Origin: an uncultured Pseudomonadales bacterium
Lineage (GTDB): Bacteria; Patescibacteriota; Microgenomatia; UBA1400; PJMF01
Length of the DNA: 52,725 nt
Direction: 5' to 3'
NCBI GenBank assembly: GCA_964583795.1
Contig: CAZOWX010000010.1
Location: forward strand, 1 to 52,725
This document shows, one piece after another, positions 27,059 through 36,668 of the stretch. The translations under genes were made by a program, and so were the position numbers. The notes below the pieces were generated by a model, which had not been told where the DNA came from, did not search any database, and saw only the letters and a list, made by a program, of their open reading frames with translations. Position 1 is the first letter of the stretch; each line of letters opens with the position of its first letter.

Positions 27059-27427
27059 TGAAAAAGGGAATAATTTGCAAGTATGTAGAATCTAAAGGAT
27101 GAGCAGTAATGTATAACAACACAACCACTCAACCACCGAACAACTAACAAACGAATCAACCATGCAACTAGCCAACCCATAAAGGGCTTTATCTTGACTT
27201 TCCAAATCATTTTGACAGTAACGATAATTTTTATCAGTATACTTAACAACCCTACTACACAACAACCTACCTCGCCGGCAGGCAGGCGTAACAACTTTTC
27301 GCGATAAGTACTACAGTAAAAATGTCTAACAAATCAACAATGACACTTATCTGCTGGCAAGCAAGCGAGTTGACCAACAAACTCATTCCCTTTGGCCTGC
27401 AATTATGAGACAATACCACCTTACCCT

Positions 27428-28384
27428 ATGAATGATCATACTGTGACTCCACCAGTAGTGTTGTCTGTGCAACATTTGTCCAAAAACTTTCATACAGCAA
27501 AGTCTGAATTTCTGGCGGTTGAGGATGTCACATTCGAGATTCACAAAGGTGAAATTGTTGGACTGCTTGGACCAAATGGGGCTGGAAAAACAACAACAAT
27601 TCAAATGTTGCTTGGGTTAATGACCCCAACTCAAGGTAGTATTTCCTATTTTGGACTTCCCTTCAACCAACACCGTGAAGAGATTTTACAGCGAGTCAAT
27701 CACACCTCTGGATATGCACAAATGCCTTGGCGACTGAGTGTGTACGAAAATATCAATATTTTTGCCTGGATGTATGGGATAAAAAATCGTAAGCAAAAAA
27801 TTTACGAGCTAGCTGAAGTGTTTGGCACCACCAAATTTTTGAAAAAACGATTCGTAGAGTTATCTGCCGGACAGCGAACCAGAGTGTTATTGATGAAAGC
27901 ATTTATTAATGAGCCTGAGTTGGTTTTGCTGGATGAGCCAACGGCTAGTTTGGACCCAGACATCGCAGAGCGAATTCGAGTGTACATTTTAAAGGAACAA
28001 AAAGCGCGCACGATGTCGATGTTGATCACCTCACACAATATGAAAGAAGTCGAGCAAATGTGTGATCGTGTGGTGTTTTTAAATCATGGGAAAGTCTTCG
28101 CGATCGATACCCCGCAAGGATTAGCTCGCCGCAATACCATGTGTGAGTTACAACTCATGGTTGAGGATGGATTAAAGCGTTTGATTGAAGTAGTGGAGTC
28201 GTATCACTACAAGTTTGAGGAAAAGCAACGCTTTATCTCGATTACTTTGCCAGAAGAAAAGGTGGCGGTTTTTTTGAGCGATATGGGAAGTCGTGGGTTA
28301 AAGTTCACTGAGATTGAGATTGTTCGTCCGTCACTCGAGGATTTCTTTTTGTCTGTCAGTGAGCAAGAGAAGGGAGATGTATGA
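27428..28384 (+). CDS. ABC transporter ATP-binding protein (ABC-2/DrrA-like)
   Basis: Walker A GPNGAGKTTT, signature LSAGQR, Walker B LVLLDEPT. The first in-frame ATG was chosen as the start; the longer ORF begins with TTG at 27392. Confidence 0.92.
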   Translation: MNDHTVTPPVVLSVQHLSKNFHTAKSEFLAVEDVTFEIHKGEIVGLLGPNGAGKTTTIQMLLGLMTPTQGSISYFGLPFNQHREEILQRVNHTSGYAQMPWRLSVYENINIFAWMYGIKNRKQKIYELAEVFGTTKFLKKRFVELSAGQRTRVLLMKAFINEPELVLLDEPTASLDPDIAERIRVYILKEQKARTMSMLITSHNMKEVEQMCDRVVFLNHGKVFAIDTPQGLARRNTMCELQLMVEDGLKRLIEVVESYHYKFEEKQRFISITLPEEKVAVFLSDMGSRGLKFTEIEIVRPSLEDFFLSVSEQEKGDV

Positions 28385-29166
28385 AGTGGCATCGGATTTG
28401 GGCGATTGTCTTGCGCCATTTATATAACTTCCGTCACAATCTTGATCGAGTAGTTGATGCATTTTATTGGCCTTCATTGGATGTGGTGGTATGGGGGCTG
28501 ACTTTGACCGCGATGGAAAAACAGGGTCAAACAGTGACTAATCAAGTATTTTTCATTGTCATTGGGACGATTCTTTGGTTTATTATGTGGCGAGGGCAAG
28601 GAGAAATCACGGTTAACTTTTTAGAAGAGTTATGGAGCGAGAATTTAATTAACCTTTTTGCATCGCCACTGAAGTTGGTTGAGTGGATGGTTGGTTTGTG
28701 TCTAATGGGAATATTTAAACTGATCTTGACGATTGCACTCACTGCCTCAATCGCCTTTTTGCTTTACAGAACTAATTTATTAACTTTGGGTTTGTGGTTG
28801 GTACCATTTGCTTTGACGCTGTTACTTTTTAGTTGGGCGTTTGGATTTATGACTGCTGGGATGTTTTTGCGCAAAGGTACTGATGTGCAAACCCTGGCTT
28901 GGGCGGGGGCCTTCATCTTGATGCCGTTTTCGGCAGTGTACTATCCGCTGTACTTACTCCCCAAGTGGGTCCAAGCAGTTGCTTCGATCTTGCCAACGAC
29001 TTACGTTTTTGAAGGAATGCGATTGTTTGTCCAGACTGGCCAACCTCCAGTTGAAGGGATCATCAAAAGTTTTGTGCTCGATGCAATCTATTTGAGTTTG
29101 GCCGTGTGGTTTTTTGTTCGTTCATTTGCCGCTGCGAAAGAAAAAGGTTTGGGACATTTGAAGTAA
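28381..29166 (+). CDS. ABC-2 type transporter permease
   Basis: 261 aa with about 6 TM spans. Its start forms an ATGA overlap with the ATPase stop. Confidence 0.85.
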   Translation: MKWHRIWAIVLRHLYNFRHNLDRVVDAFYWPSLDVVVWGLTLTAMEKQGQTVTNQVFFIVIGTILWFIMWRGQGEITVNFLEELWSENLINLFASPLKLVEWMVGLCLMGIFKLILTIALTASIAFLLYRTNLLTLGLWLVPFALTLLLFSWAFGFMTAGMFLRKGTDVQTLAWAGAFILMPFSAVYYPLYLLPKWVQAVASILPTTYVFEGMRLFVQTGQPPVEGIIKSFVLDAIYLSLAVWFFVRSFAAAKEKGLGHLK

Positions 29167-29185
29167 AGTGAGTCCTACTGTGCAA

Positions 29186-29632
29186 TCACATGCTTTCTGA
29201 AGCAATTTTTGATTCACTTGTGTTGCCCATTGAATCAACCGACACCTCGTACAATGCTTTTGCCGCCCTATATTCATTGATACTTCCAGCATTTTGCGGA
29301 TCAAATGTGAATTCAAGAAATGCGTCACCTTGAGCAGTGACAACTGCAAGATCTGGAGAGTATGTCAAAACTTGACTCTCTGCTTGAGTTTTACCATTTT
29401 CATCAAGGATTTTTAATTTCAGTATCATTCCATCACTGAGTTCTAGTTTGGTGATAGGAAACGTGGTTACTTTGTCAGCTTCAGTTGCTGTGTCTATTGA
29501 TGTTGGTGCGACCGCACTCTGTGACTGTGATTGTTTGTTCTGAGTCGTATCTGAAGATCTGTTGCACCCTGCTAGAAATAACACTGAGCTGATAACAATA
29601 ACTGAGAACAAATATTGATGAGTTCTTTTCAT
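29186..29632 (-). CDS. putative lipoprotein
   Basis: Starting at the ATG at 29632 gives MKRTHQYLFSVIVISSVLFLAGC, a signal peptide plus LAGC lipobox. The ORF sequence upstream of that looks non-coding. Confidence 0.6.
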   Translation of the reverse strand: MKRTHQYLFSVIVISSVLFLAGCNRSSDTTQNKQSQSQSAVAPTSIDTATEADKVTTFPITKLELSDGMILKLKILDENGKTQAESQVLTYSPDLAVVTAQGDAFLEFTFDPQNAGSINEYRAAKALYEVSVDSMGNTSESKIASESM

Positions 29633-29794
29633 AGAAGTGAAAAAATAAACATGTATAGTAGTATGATTGTAACGAAAGCGTTGTTGTGTGGCAATCAATA
29701 AGTATCTCAGAAGGTTGCAATGAGAAACAAAATTATTTGAAAATAACTGAAGTTTAGTTATGAAACAACAGCTCGACTTCAAAGATTGAAATGA

Positions 29795-32392
29795 TTATTT
29801 CTTTTCCAATTCTAGTTGAGCATTTTTAATTCCAACACTCACCGTAATTGCTTCATCATCAACCCGATCAAGCATGATCAGTGACAGGGGATCAAGCACA
29901 TCAATTTGAATGACTCGTTTGAGTGGGCGGGCGCCAAAGACGGGATCGTAGCCTTTGTCAGCTAGATACTTCTTTGCTGATTCAGTTATTTCCAGCTCAA
30001 CTCCTTGATCCTTAAGGCGCTGTTGCAAGTCTTCGAGTTGAATCGCCACGATCGATTCAATATGCTTGGCACTGAGTGCCTCAAAGAAAATGACTTGGTC
30101 GATGCGATTGAGAAACTCAGGTTTAAAAGAGTGATGTAATAAATCCCAGATCGATTTTTCTAAAGCTTGCTTATCCTTGTCCGATAATGTATCGGACTTC
30201 TCGTACGCTTCTTGGATTAAGTGAGCGCCAACATTACTGGTCATAATGATCACCGTATTTTTAAAGTCAACGGTTCGACCTTTGCCATCAGTCACTCTTC
30301 CTTCATCAAAAATCTGTAAAAATGTATTGAAAATTTGGGGATGAGCCTTCTCGACTTCATCAAGCAACAAAATTGAGTAGGGCTTGCGCCTCACTGCTTC
30401 GGTGAGTTGGCCGCCTTCTTCATAACCGACGTACCCTGGTGGGGCACCGATAAGTCGAGCGACTGAGTGTTGCTCAGAGTACTCGCTCATGTCAATTCGG
30501 ATAATCGCTCGCTCATCACTCAATAAAATCTCAGCCAAGGCTTTGGCGGTTTCAGTTTTCCCCACTCCAGTAGGACCAAGGAACAAAAATGTGGCTAGTG
30601 GTTTGCCTTGTTCAGCGATCCCAGTGCGAGCGCGACGAACGGCATTGGCCACTGCCTTGAGGGCTACTGCTTGACCAACAACTCTTTTTGATAAGTCATC
30701 CTCCAAGTGAATCAACTTTTGTGACTCACTTTTCACTAGGCGCTTGACCGGAATACCAGTCCAGCGTGCTACTATGGCAGCGATATCATCTTCTCCAACT
30801 TCTTCTTTAAGGAGTTTTTCTTCAACGGGAATGTGCTCCCATTGTTTTTGGGCCTGTGAAAGCTTTTTTTCTGCTTCAGGAATTTTGCCGTATTTGATCT
30901 CGGCAGCTCTATCGAGCTCAACATTGCGCTCGGCAATTTCCAGCTCACTGCGCAATTGTTCGATTTGTTGACGCTGCGATTGTACGGCTTGTAAAATCTG
31001 TTTTTGTTTATCCCAGCGGGACCGTGTTTGTTGCAGCTCTTCTTTTAAATTAGCAAGCTCATGCTCGATCTCATTTTTACGAGACTTTGCTTCTGGTGAT
31101 GATTCTTTCTTTAGGGCCTTTTCTTCAATTTCCAGTTGGGTGACTTTTCGCGCGAGTGTGTCGATGGTAATTGGGTCGGATTCTGTCTCGATTTTCAGTG
31201 CTGAAGCGGCTTCATCAACCAGGTCAATAGCTTTATCCGGTAAGAAGCGATCTTGGATGTAACGATCCGATAAAACTGCAGCTGCAACCAGTGCATCATC
31301 GGTAATTCGAATTCCATGATGAACTTCATACTTTTCTTTGAGTCCTCGTAAAATTGAGATTGTATCCTCCACTGTGGGTGCGTAAACCGGAACTGGTTGA
31401 AAACGTCTTTCGAGCGCGCTGTCTTTCTCAATATACTTACGATACTCATTTTGAGTGGTGGCACCAATGACTCTCAGGGCTCCGCGAGCCAGAGCGGGCT
31501 TCATCATGTTCCCGGCGTCGGTACTGCCCTCCCCTGCTCCTGCTCCAACAATCGTGTGCAGTTCATCGATGAATAGAATCACATTCCCTTCTGACTTGAC
31601 CGCTTCCTCAATGACATTCTTCATGCGCTCTTCAAACTCCCCCCGAAATTTTGCTCCAGCGAGTAATGATGAAATTTCGAGTGTCAAAATAGTTTTGTTT
31701 CTCAGTGACTCTGGGACGTCTCCTTGGACGATTCGAATGGCCAGCCCTTCGACTACCGCTGTTTTTCCGACTCCTGGTTCGCCAACTAAAACAGGATTGT
31801 TCTTGGTTCGGCGAGACAGTACCTGCATTACCCGGCGAATTTCTTGTTCACGACCAATGACTGGGTCAAGTTTCCCTTCGGTTGCCAAAGCGGTCAGGTT
31901 CGTTGTGTATTTTTCTAAGATCTTGTAGTTTTGATCGGAACTTTCGGGGTCTTGAGTGGCGTTTTGGTGGTGTGCCATAATTTTCTCCTTGATGCGCTCA
32001 TACGTGACGTCAAATGAGTCTAATATCTTTTTACTGTCTATGTCTGCTTTCGTCAATGCGAGCAATAAAATATCTTGGCTAATATATCCTTGATTGAGGG
32101 AGTTGGCGTTTTGTTGGGCTTCTTGGATGACACGAATAAGAGAAGTTGATGGTTTTGGTTCTGGTTGGGTTTCTGTAGTGGGGAGACTTTCTAACTTCTC
32201 ATGAATTGTCTGCTTGAGGCGCTGAGTGTCTTGAACTAGCTCATTGAGAAAATCTTGACTAATTCCTGAATTTTCAACTAACGCTTGCAATAGATGGAGG
32301 TTCGTGACCTCGCTGTGTTTTGCCTCTTGCGCGCTTTGGGCAGCTTCATTAAGAGTAAGTTGACTTGATTGGGTGAGTTTGGGCGATATCAT
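29795..32392 (-). CDS. clpB: ATP-dependent chaperone ClpB
   Basis: Two AAA+ modules ([18 protein letters not shown]) separated by a long coiled-coil M-domain. The start is set at the ATG at 32392; the TTG at 32410 lies inside the repeat tract. Confidence 0.97.
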   Translation of the reverse strand: MISPKLTQSSQLTLNEAAQSAQEAKHSEVTNLHLLQALVENSGISQDFLNELVQDTQRLKQTIHEKLESLPTTETQPEPKPSTSLIRVIQEAQQNANSLNQGYISQDILLLALTKADIDSKKILDSFDVTYERIKEKIMAHHQNATQDPESSDQNYKILEKYTTNLTALATEGKLDPVIGREQEIRRVMQVLSRRTKNNPVLVGEPGVGKTAVVEGLAIRIVQGDVPESLRNKTILTLEISSLLAGAKFRGEFEERMKNVIEEAVKSEGNVILFIDELHTIVGAGAGEGSTDAGNMMKPALARGALRVIGATTQNEYRKYIEKDSALERRFQPVPVYAPTVEDTISILRGLKEKYEVHHGIRITDDALVAAAVLSDRYIQDRFLPDKAIDLVDEAASALKIETESDPITIDTLARKVTQLEIEEKALKKESSPEAKSRKNEIEHELANLKEELQQTRSRWDKQKQILQAVQSQRQQIEQLRSELEIAERNVELDRAAEIKYGKIPEAEKKLSQAQKQWEHIPVEEKLLKEEVGEDDIAAIVARWTGIPVKRLVKSESQKLIHLEDDLSKRVVGQAVALKAVANAVRRARTGIAEQGKPLATFLFLGPTGVGKTETAKALAEILLSDERAIIRIDMSEYSEQHSVARLIGAPPGYVGYEEGGQLTEAVRRKPYSILLLDEVEKAHPQIFNTFLQIFDEGRVTDGKGRTVDFKNTVIIMTSNVGAHLIQEAYEKSDTLSDKDKQALEKSIWDLLHHSFKPEFLNRIDQVIFFEALSAKHIESIVAIQLEDLQQRLKDQGVELEITESAKKYLADKGYDPVFGARPLKRVIQIDVLDPLSLIMLDRVDDEAITVSVGIKNAQLELEKK

Positions 32393-32396
32393 AATT

Positions 32397-32431
32397 AACT
32401 CAAAGTTCAAAGCTCATAACTCAAAATTTAA
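32397..32431. repeat. left arm of cassette 2 (7-nt-phased)
   Basis: aactcaa agttcaa agctcat aactcaa aatttaa. The segment 32418-32429 (aactcaaaattt) is the exact reverse complement of 32847-32858. Confidence 0.8.
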
Positions 32432-32458
32432 CCACATGTTACCAATTTTTAAAAACAA

Positions 32459-32818
32459 TTACAGTGATCGTTTCATGGTCTTAATGCTAGATGCGAGCAT
32501 TCTTGCTAGTTCTTGAGCTTCATTTAGGAGTGGCGTAATTTTATCTTTATCAGCAAGATTTGCCTGTTCAAATAATTCTAGCCAATAAACGGTTTCGTTG
32601 GCACTTTTTAATGAAATTTCATAGTAACGAATAAATTCTTTTTTTGAACTTGAAGAAATTGCTTCATGAATATTGGCACCAATGCTAGTGCCAGAGCGAA
32701 GCAACTGATCTGATAATTTCCAGTAGATTGCTGAGTTAGGAAGTTGTTTAAAAAAAGAGATCACGTTTAGCGAAAATTGAAATGACCTCTCCTTAAGTAC
32801 ATTTTTCTTTTGATTCAT
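32459..32818 (-). CDS. four-helix-bundle protein (23S rRNA IVS protein / Avd-like family)
   Basis: ERSFQFSLNVISFFK.L.......LSDQLLRSGTSIGANI.EA.SS.SKKEFI....ISLKSANET.YWLEL. ATG at 32818; the ORF track extends to a TTG at 32833. Confidence 0.85.
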   Translation of the reverse strand: MNQKKNVLKERSFQFSLNVISFFKQLPNSAIYWKLSDQLLRSGTSIGANIHEAISSSSKKEFIRYYEISLKSANETVYWLELFEQANLADKDKITPLLNEAQELARMLASSIKTMKRSL

Positions 32819-32836
32819 TTCGTTTTTTACCAATAT

Positions 32837-32878
32837 TTGGAGCTTGAAATTTTGAGTTTTGAATTATGAGTTATGCGA
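32837..32878. repeat. right arm of cassette 2 (7-nt-phased), overlapping the htpX stop
   Basis: ttggagc ttgaaat tttgagt tttgaat tatgagt tatgcga. Confidence 0.8.
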
Positions 32879-33782
32879 TGCCTCTAAGAGCTTTAATTCT
32901 TTCTTCAACTGGAGGGTGGGTGTCAAACAATCCCGCAAACCAACTACGTCCGCCAGAAACATTTTTTAGAGGATTGGAAATATACAGATGAGCGGTAGCT
33001 TTATTGGCCGCTTCCAGCGGTTCTTGATCGGCTGAAATTTTTTCCAAAGCACTGGCTAAGCCTTCAGGATATTTGGTTATTGCTGCTCCTGAGGCATCTG
33101 CCAAGAACTCTCGACGGCGAGAAATGGCCAGTTGGATGAGTTGCGCAATAAGTGGAGATAAGAGTGCTAAAACTAATCCAGCAATGAAAAAAATGATTTG
33201 GAGTTGTCCAGCTCCTGAGTCTTTGTTACGACGGCCACCACCCCATGATGACATTCGTAACATCCAGTCTGCCATCAGAGCAATCAGTCCAACTAAAATG
33301 CTGACAATACTCATGAGGCGAATATCGTAGTTTTTAACGTGAGAGAGCTCATGAGCAATGACACCTTCAAGCTCAGTTCTGTTAAGTCGACTTAAAATTC
33401 CGGTAGTAGCACAGATCACCGCGTGATTTGGATCCCGACCGGTGGCGAATGCGTTCATCGCTGTGTCGTCAATCACATAAAGCTTCGGCAGTTTCATTTG
33501 TTGACTCATGCACAAGTTTTCGGTGACGGTATAAAAATCAAAAAACTCTTCACGCGTGGCTTCTCGAGCTCCAGAAATACCCAAGATAATTTTGTCCGAG
33601 AAGTAATACGAGAAGAAAGAGGTGATTCCAGAAAAAATAAAAGCGTATCCTACGACATCCAGCCCAAATCCAAAACCTCTGGCCATGATGTATGCTGCCA
33701 GCGCAATGAAGGTCACAAACCCTACAATAACAAGGGTAGACTTTTGTTTATTGGAATCGACTTGAGAGTAAAAATTTGCCAT
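32871..33782 (-). CDS. htpX: M48-family zinc metalloprotease HtpX
   Basis: HELSHVKNYD (HExxH), TM helices and a C-terminal HPP..ERI. Confidence 0.93.
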   Translation of the reverse strand: MANFYSQVDSNKQKSTLVIVGFVTFIALAAYIMARGFGFGLDVVGYAFIFSGITSFFSYYFSDKIILGISGAREATREEFFDFYTVTENLCMSQQMKLPKLYVIDDTAMNAFATGRDPNHAVICATTGILSRLNRTELEGVIAHELSHVKNYDIRLMSIVSILVGLIALMADWMLRMSSWGGGRRNKDSGAGQLQIIFFIAGLVLALLSPLIAQLIQLAISRRREFLADASGAAITKYPEGLASALEKISADQEPLEAANKATAHLYISNPLKNVSGGRSWFAGLFDTHPPVEERIKALRGIA

Positions 33783-33911
33783 GAGTTTAACGAATGTAAG
33801 CGAACGACAACGAATGTGAGCGAATGGATTACCTATTTAGAAAGTTCTGTATAATTGCGATAGGTATCATTCATTTGATGAATCCAACTCACTTTATTCG
33901 CAGTTTACTGT

Positions 33912-34502
33912 TTACAGCTCTACTTTTGGATCTTTCATCTCACTGGAACTGACTTCGATATGCTCACCTGTGGTTGGTGTGGCCAGTCCTGCTTCTGCCT
34001 TAAAGCCAAACATTCCAGCACTGATATTACTTGGGAAAACCATTAACTTTTGATTGTATGTTTGAGACAGATCGATAACTGTTCGGCGAGCATACATCAG
34101 TTTGTCAGCCGTGTCTCGCAGCTCATTCATGAACTGGGCTACGGTAGCATCAGATTTGATTTGAGGGTTTGATTCCACTAAAACGTTTAATCGTCCCATC
34201 ACTCCCTGCAAATCACTGACCGCTTTATCGACATTTTTCATGGAACCAGAGTCACTGGCAATCTGCACTGATTTTCGAGCATCAGTCAGCATTTGAAAGA
34301 TGTCTTTTTCTTGCTTCATGTAGCCTTTGACTGAAGCTTGAAGATTGGGGATCAAACTGGCTTGACGTTTCAGTTGGTTGCCAATTTCTTGAATGCTGGC
34401 AACAATCCGAGTTTTGAGTGTTTGCAGCGAGTTGTAGATGGAGATGATGTAAAAAGCGATGGCAACTCCAGCGACGAGTAAGATAATAGGTAAACTAGTC
34501 AT
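33912..34502 (-). CDS. lemA: LemA family protein
   Basis: N-terminal TM followed by YNSL..L...V......I..QL.RQA.LIPNL. This is the typical LemA-HtpX pairing. Confidence 0.9.
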   Translation of the reverse strand: MTSLPIILLVAGVAIAFYIISIYNSLQTLKTRIVASIQEIGNQLKRQASLIPNLQASVKGYMKQEKDIFQMLTDARKSVQIASDSGSMKNVDKAVSDLQGVMGRLNVLVESNPQIKSDATVAQFMNELRDTADKLMYARRTVIDLSQTYNQKLMVFPSNISAGMFGFKAEAGLATPTTGEHIEVSSSEMKDPKVEL

Positions 34503-34611
34503 AGTGACTCCTTATTTTTGTTCGATATTTTACTAAAGATGTACTTTGTATTATACGCTTTTTGAGTGAGTTCAACAACATTACATAAGCTTCAGGCTAC
34601 CATCCTACGCG

Positions 34612-34681
34612 CTTGATATGAAAACTTGATCATTTGTTGGGTTTCATTCAGGCTGCTATGGCGGGTACGGCAAGTGACACG
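34612..34681 (+). repeat. ~70-nt structured repeat element, copy B
   Basis: cttgatatgaaaacttgatcatttgttgggtttcattcaggctgctatggcgggtacggcaagtgacacg. It is the counterpart of 12170-12240. Confidence 0.6.
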
Positions 34682-34804
34682 AGCTATTTCTTTTGCTTAC
34701 TTTACCTGTCTGTACGCCACTCCTAAGAACGCAACAACTCAACAACATTACCTACTGAAGGCTTTACTACTATTGGATTGAGCAAAGCAAGTGGTCTGAC
34801 TTTA

Positions 34805-34855
34805 GATCCTGAATCCGTCTTGCTCGTTCCTCGCTAGACTGTTCAGGATGACGAC
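34805..34855 (+). repeat. CGTCATCC-hairpin repeat, TGAA-stem long-loop variant
   Basis: gatcctgaa-(28 nt)-ttcaggatgacgac. Confidence 0.8.
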
Positions 34856-34926
34856 TTTTTACTTTTCTTGTTTTTAAAATGTATTGTTACCCCAGACACT
34901 AATTCCTAATCGCTCGTCACTAGTTG

Positions 34927-34996
34927 CCAATCCACTATCCACATTCTACATTCCACATTCCATTATCCATTATCTATGCGTCTATAAATCCATCAT
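34927..34996. repeat. longest 7-nt-phased tract (10 units), includes a solo cassette-arm copy
   Basis: ccaatcc actatcc acattct acattcc acattcc attatcc attatct atgcgtc tataaat ccatcat. The segment 34961-34978 (cattatccattatctatg) matches the cassette-1 right arm. The tract runs into the dinB stop. Confidence 0.85.
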
Positions 34997-36237
34997 AGTT
35001 TATAGTACTGGCGGTCGCCTAAAAAGCCGGTGACTTCAGGACGAAAGACTTTATGGGTGAGCATCGTGGATGGTTTGACAGTGAATAAACCATATTTTTG
35101 AGTAATAGCATCCAACGAATGACTTAATTTCTCTCGTTTTTCTTCTGGGTCAAATAAAGAGCGTGGGGTTAACTCAGCTTTTCTCATTAAACTCAAGCGC
35201 ACAGCAAATTTGATTACGGGAAACTGTGGGAGTTGCGATTGGTAGAGTTGGTGATAGGCAATATCAAACATTTCTGAAGTGTGCCGAATATACTGTTTGA
35301 GAGTTTTGTGGGCTGACCAGCCTTGATTGTGGCCGTACAGTCCGATCCAGACTTGACGACCAGCAAGCTGCATTTGACGAGTTTTGTAGGTGACTTCTTC
35401 AATTAAATTGAGCAAGATCATTTTTTTTGTGGTCTCATCTTTGCAGAGCTTATATCCGGTGATTGATCGTCCCACACTTTTCATATGAGTTGGTTGGTGA
35501 TCAACTAAACGTAGAGTATGGGATTCTTCACCATAGGCAATATGTCCGAGTTCTTTAGCCCAAAAAGGGCCAAAAACCGGTAACAACTGCTCTTCGGTGT
35601 AGAAACGGATTTGGTACGGGGTGGTCACTCCTAAAAGTCTCAATTTTTTCTCCAATCGAGCACCAATACCACACACTTCACTAAATGGAGCTTGCGCTAA
35701 GATGGCGTCTTTATTGTGTTCATCGATAGTAAAAATTGTCCCTTTGGGAGCAATGCCCGATCCGAGTTTAGCCAGTAAACGGTTGTGGCTAATACCAACA
35801 TTACAGGTGACCCACTCCCCTAATTCCTGGAAAACCATCTGTTGGATGCGCTTCGCAACGATTAATGGGTCACTATATAAATAGTGAAGACAATGCGTCA
35901 GATCAATGAAGGCTTCGTCTAGAGAGTAAATAAACACATCGGGAGAAATACGAGTAAAAATGGTTTTCAGTCGTCGCGTTGCATCCAGGTATCGTTCGAA
36001 CGCGGCAGGGACACATAATAGGTTGGGACAAAGATCACGAATCTCTTTGAGTCGTGAACCGGTGCGCACACCCATGGCTTTGGCCTCTTTAGAGGCAGCG
36101 ATGATGCAGGTGCGCCCAACATCTTTGACCACTCCAATTGGTCTACCGCGCAGTTTGGGATTCTCTTGTTGTAGCATGGTGGCAAAGTACGAGTTCATGT
36201 CCACATGCAAGATGGTTTTTTGAGGGGTGTTACTCAT
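34993..36237 (-). CDS. dinB: Y-family DNA polymerase IV
   Basis: ILHVDMNSYFA, RGRP..V, SLDEAFIDLT and GIG......L..LG..T. Confidence 0.93.
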   Translation of the reverse strand: MSNTPQKTILHVDMNSYFATMLQQENPKLRGRPIGVVKDVGRTCIIAASKEAKAMGVRTGSRLKEIRDLCPNLLCVPAAFERYLDATRRLKTIFTRISPDVFIYSLDEAFIDLTHCLHYLYSDPLIVAKRIQQMVFQELGEWVTCNVGISHNRLLAKLGSGIAPKGTIFTIDEHNKDAILAQAPFSEVCGIGARLEKKLRLLGVTTPYQIRFYTEEQLLPVFGPFWAKELGHIAYGEESHTLRLVDHQPTHMKSVGRSITGYKLCKDETTKKMILLNLIEEVTYKTRQMQLAGRQVWIGLYGHNQGWSAHKTLKQYIRHTSEMFDIAYHQLYQSQLPQFPVIKFAVRLSLMRKAELTPRSLFDPEEKREKLSHSLDAITQKYGLFTVKPSTMLTHKVFRPEVTGFLGDRQYYKL

Positions 36238-36478
36238 CGATCCAGATCTCCTCTAAGGTCCATGATTCTTTCTCGCGATTAAAACAGAGTCGATAGACGT
36301 CTTGTCCGACCAGTACGCTATAGAGGCGTTTTTTAATGCCACCGTCTTTGGTGTCGGATTTGAGAGTGATTTGATTGATCCAGTATTCTTTACTTTTCCA
36401 CCGGAACTTTTTAGGGGTAAAGGTGTTTTTGGTATACACTCCGACCACGTCAATCGATTCGGATATTGTTTGGTACAT
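36230..36478 (-). CDS. small protein translationally coupled to dinB (possibly DUF6504-like)
   Basis: 82-aa ORF with an ATG start that overlaps the dinB start by 8 nt. The pattern F.W..KEY.I......YSV......Y.L.F......W.LEEIW resembles small proteins found upstream of Y-family polymerases. This is from memory and not verified. Confidence 0.6.
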   Translation of the reverse strand: MYQTISESIDVVGVYTKNTFTPKKFRWKSKEYWINQITLKSDTKDGGIKKRLYSVLVGQDVYRLCFNREKESWTLEEIWIDE

Positions 36479-36668
36479 ACTATTAGTAAATACGAATAAT
36501 ACCCAAATGGCAATGAGGGGGTTTTAGGTGGTTGGGGGTAAATATCAAAATATGAAAAAGAGAAAAACCAAAAATCGATATACTACAAACGGTTACGATA
36601 TTTACTTTGGCTATAAACCCAAAAATAGGATTGTTATTCTTCGGGTCAAGGATGACGCAGCCAATGTT

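Noticed and set aside
27034-27294. 86-aa ORF in the gatC/ABC spacer
   Set aside because: It is a translation of the A/C-rich low-complexity tract read in reverse. It has odd composition, no RBS and no recognisable family.
31455-31928. 157-aa plus-strand ORF inside clpB, and similar antisense ORFs inside dnaE, gatA, pyrG, glyA, tgt and folD
   Set aside because: These are shadow ORFs lying entirely within strongly supported genes on the opposite strand. They are Ser/Pro/Arg-rich low-complexity translations.
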